Below, one piece after another: positions 23,297 to 24,000 of a DNA stretch of 24,000 bases (the stretch's first letter is position 1; each line of letters begins with the position of its first letter). Origin of the DNA: an uncultured Nitrososphaerota archaeon (GTDB taxonomy: Archaea > Korarchaeota > Korarchaeia > Korarchaeales > Korarchaeaceae). The notes under the pieces are model-generated. The model did not search any database. It was given only the letters and a program-made list of their open reading frames with translations, and was not told where the DNA came from. The translations under genes and the position numbers were made by a program. The stretch lies in assembly GCA_964618805.1 (NCBI GenBank), contig CAZUBM010000010.1, positions 38,839 to 62,838 on the forward strand. The letters are read 5' to 3'.

Positions 23297-24000
23297 GAAC
23301 TTAGGAACATTAGAAAGACATTTGACAGGATCATAGCGGTCGACAGGGTGAATCTTCTCATAAGAGATGGGGAATACTTGGCTGTCATAGGACCTAGTGG
23401 TTGTGGAAAGTCAACCCTTCTCAAGATAATATCTGGGATCTTAGAACCAGATGAAGGTGATGTATTGGTGGATGGAAAGTCAATCCTCGGAAAGCCGCCC
23501 GAAGAAAGGAACATTGGCTTCATATTTCAGGATCTAGCTTTATTCCCTCACATGAATGGTTTTGAGAATGCAGGATATGGGTTGAAGGTTCGAGGATTGA
23601 GTGAAAAGGAAGCATATCAACGCATTCTTGAATTTGCAAAGGAATTTGGATTTGATATAGGATTTAATAAGCTTCCTGATGAAATGAGCTCAGGAGAACA
23701 GCAGCAAGTAGCTTTATTGAGGGCGATTGCTTATGGAGCAAAAATCCTTCTTTTAGATGAGCCTCTTTCGGCTATAGATAGAAAGGTTAGCGAAGAGGCG
23801 AGGGAAAAATTGAGGAAAATCGTCAAGTCTAAAGACCTAACAGCAATTCATGTAACACATAATCAAGAGGAGGCCATGGCAGTTGCCGATAGAATCGCGG
23901 TTATGAGAAAGGGAAGGTTTATCCAAGTAGGCACTCCAGAAGAGCTATATTATCAGCCAAATACTCCTTTTGTCATGACGTTTGTCGGAGACGCAAGTTT
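23285..24000 (+). CDS. Second ABC transporter ATP-binding protein (3' end off window; start codon unresolved)
   Basis: This frame is open from 23285: (I)PEIELRNIRKTFDRIIAVDRVNLLIRDGEYLAVIGPSGCGKSTLL..., Q-loop FIFQDLALFPH, degenerate signature MSSGEQQQVALLRA, Walker B ILLLDEPLSAID, H-loop IHVTHNQ. The first in-frame ATG/GTG/TTG is GTG 23348, which is downstream of the conserved strand 1. Confidence 0.8.
   Translation, partial: MPEIELRNIRKTFDRIIAVDRVNLLIRDGEYLAVIGPSGCGKSTLLKIISGILEPDEGDVLVDGKSILGKPPEERNIGFIFQDLALFPHMNGFENAGYGLKVRGLSEKEAYQRILEFAKEFGFDIGFNKLPDEMSSGEQQQVALLRAIAYGAKILLLDEPLSAIDRKVSEEAREKLRKIVKSKDLTAIHVTHNQEEAMAVADRIAVMRKGRFIQVGTPEELYYQPNTPFVMTFVGDAS

Noticed and set aside
22449-23523. 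- strand ORFs of 104, 116 and 114 aa.
   Set aside because: They are antisense to the two ABC ATPase genes, whose Walker, signature and H-loop motifs fix the coding strand.
1-24000. Searched by eye for CRISPR repeats, IS or transposase genes, toxin-antitoxin pairs and long terminal or inverted repeats.
   Set aside because: I found no regularly spaced repeats and no recognisable transposase, integrase or Cas motifs in any frame.

Overview
This window is an archaeal chromosomal segment. It carries aRF1, aEF-1beta, Pth2, FEN1, the KEOPS subunits Bud32 and Cgi121, prefoldin beta, S15 next to a RecJ/Cdc45-like DHH protein, and an intron-containing tRNA. The DNA is AT-leaning, GC-rich structured RNAs stand out against it, Shine-Dalgarno motifs (GGAGGT/GGTGATC) are frequent, and TTG/GTG starts are common. 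I support about 31 protein genes and 3 tRNAs: Ala-CGC (with an intron of about 30 nt), Cys-GCA and Arg-CCT. I saw no CRISPR array, transposase or IS element.

Strongest finding: the protein-L-isoaspartate O-methyltransferase gene (pcm) is split into two frames by a 28-nt GC-rich insert that sits exactly inside the conserved SAPH|MV motif. Folded by hand, the insert and its flanks form a textbook helix-bulge-helix-bulge-helix (BHB) splicing motif. Excision at the two bulges restores both the frame and the motif, which makes this a candidate archaeal pre-mRNA intron in a gene not known to carry one.

Other items worth a second look:
- The only aRF1 in the window has GGW where the universal catalytic GGQ should be, plus NIKD in place of NIKS.
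- A tandem pair of LysW-like zinc-ribbon proteins end in ...EEEW instead of ...EDWGE, and the second copy is frameshifted.
- At the junction between two ABC ATPase genes, the second gene's conserved N-terminus has no in-frame canonical start. It can be reached only through a +1 shift at UCC-UGA, downstream of a strong SD and between 10-nt direct repeats.
- A tightly packed same-strand cluster encodes a CN-hydrolase, a Nudix-plus-unknown-domain protein, a DExH helicase with DUF1998, and a radical-SAM/TRAM protein.
- One protein is a membrane-tethered winged-helix regulator with an extracytoplasmic CWB2-like domain.

All calls rest on motif recognition and hand folding. No database search was possible.
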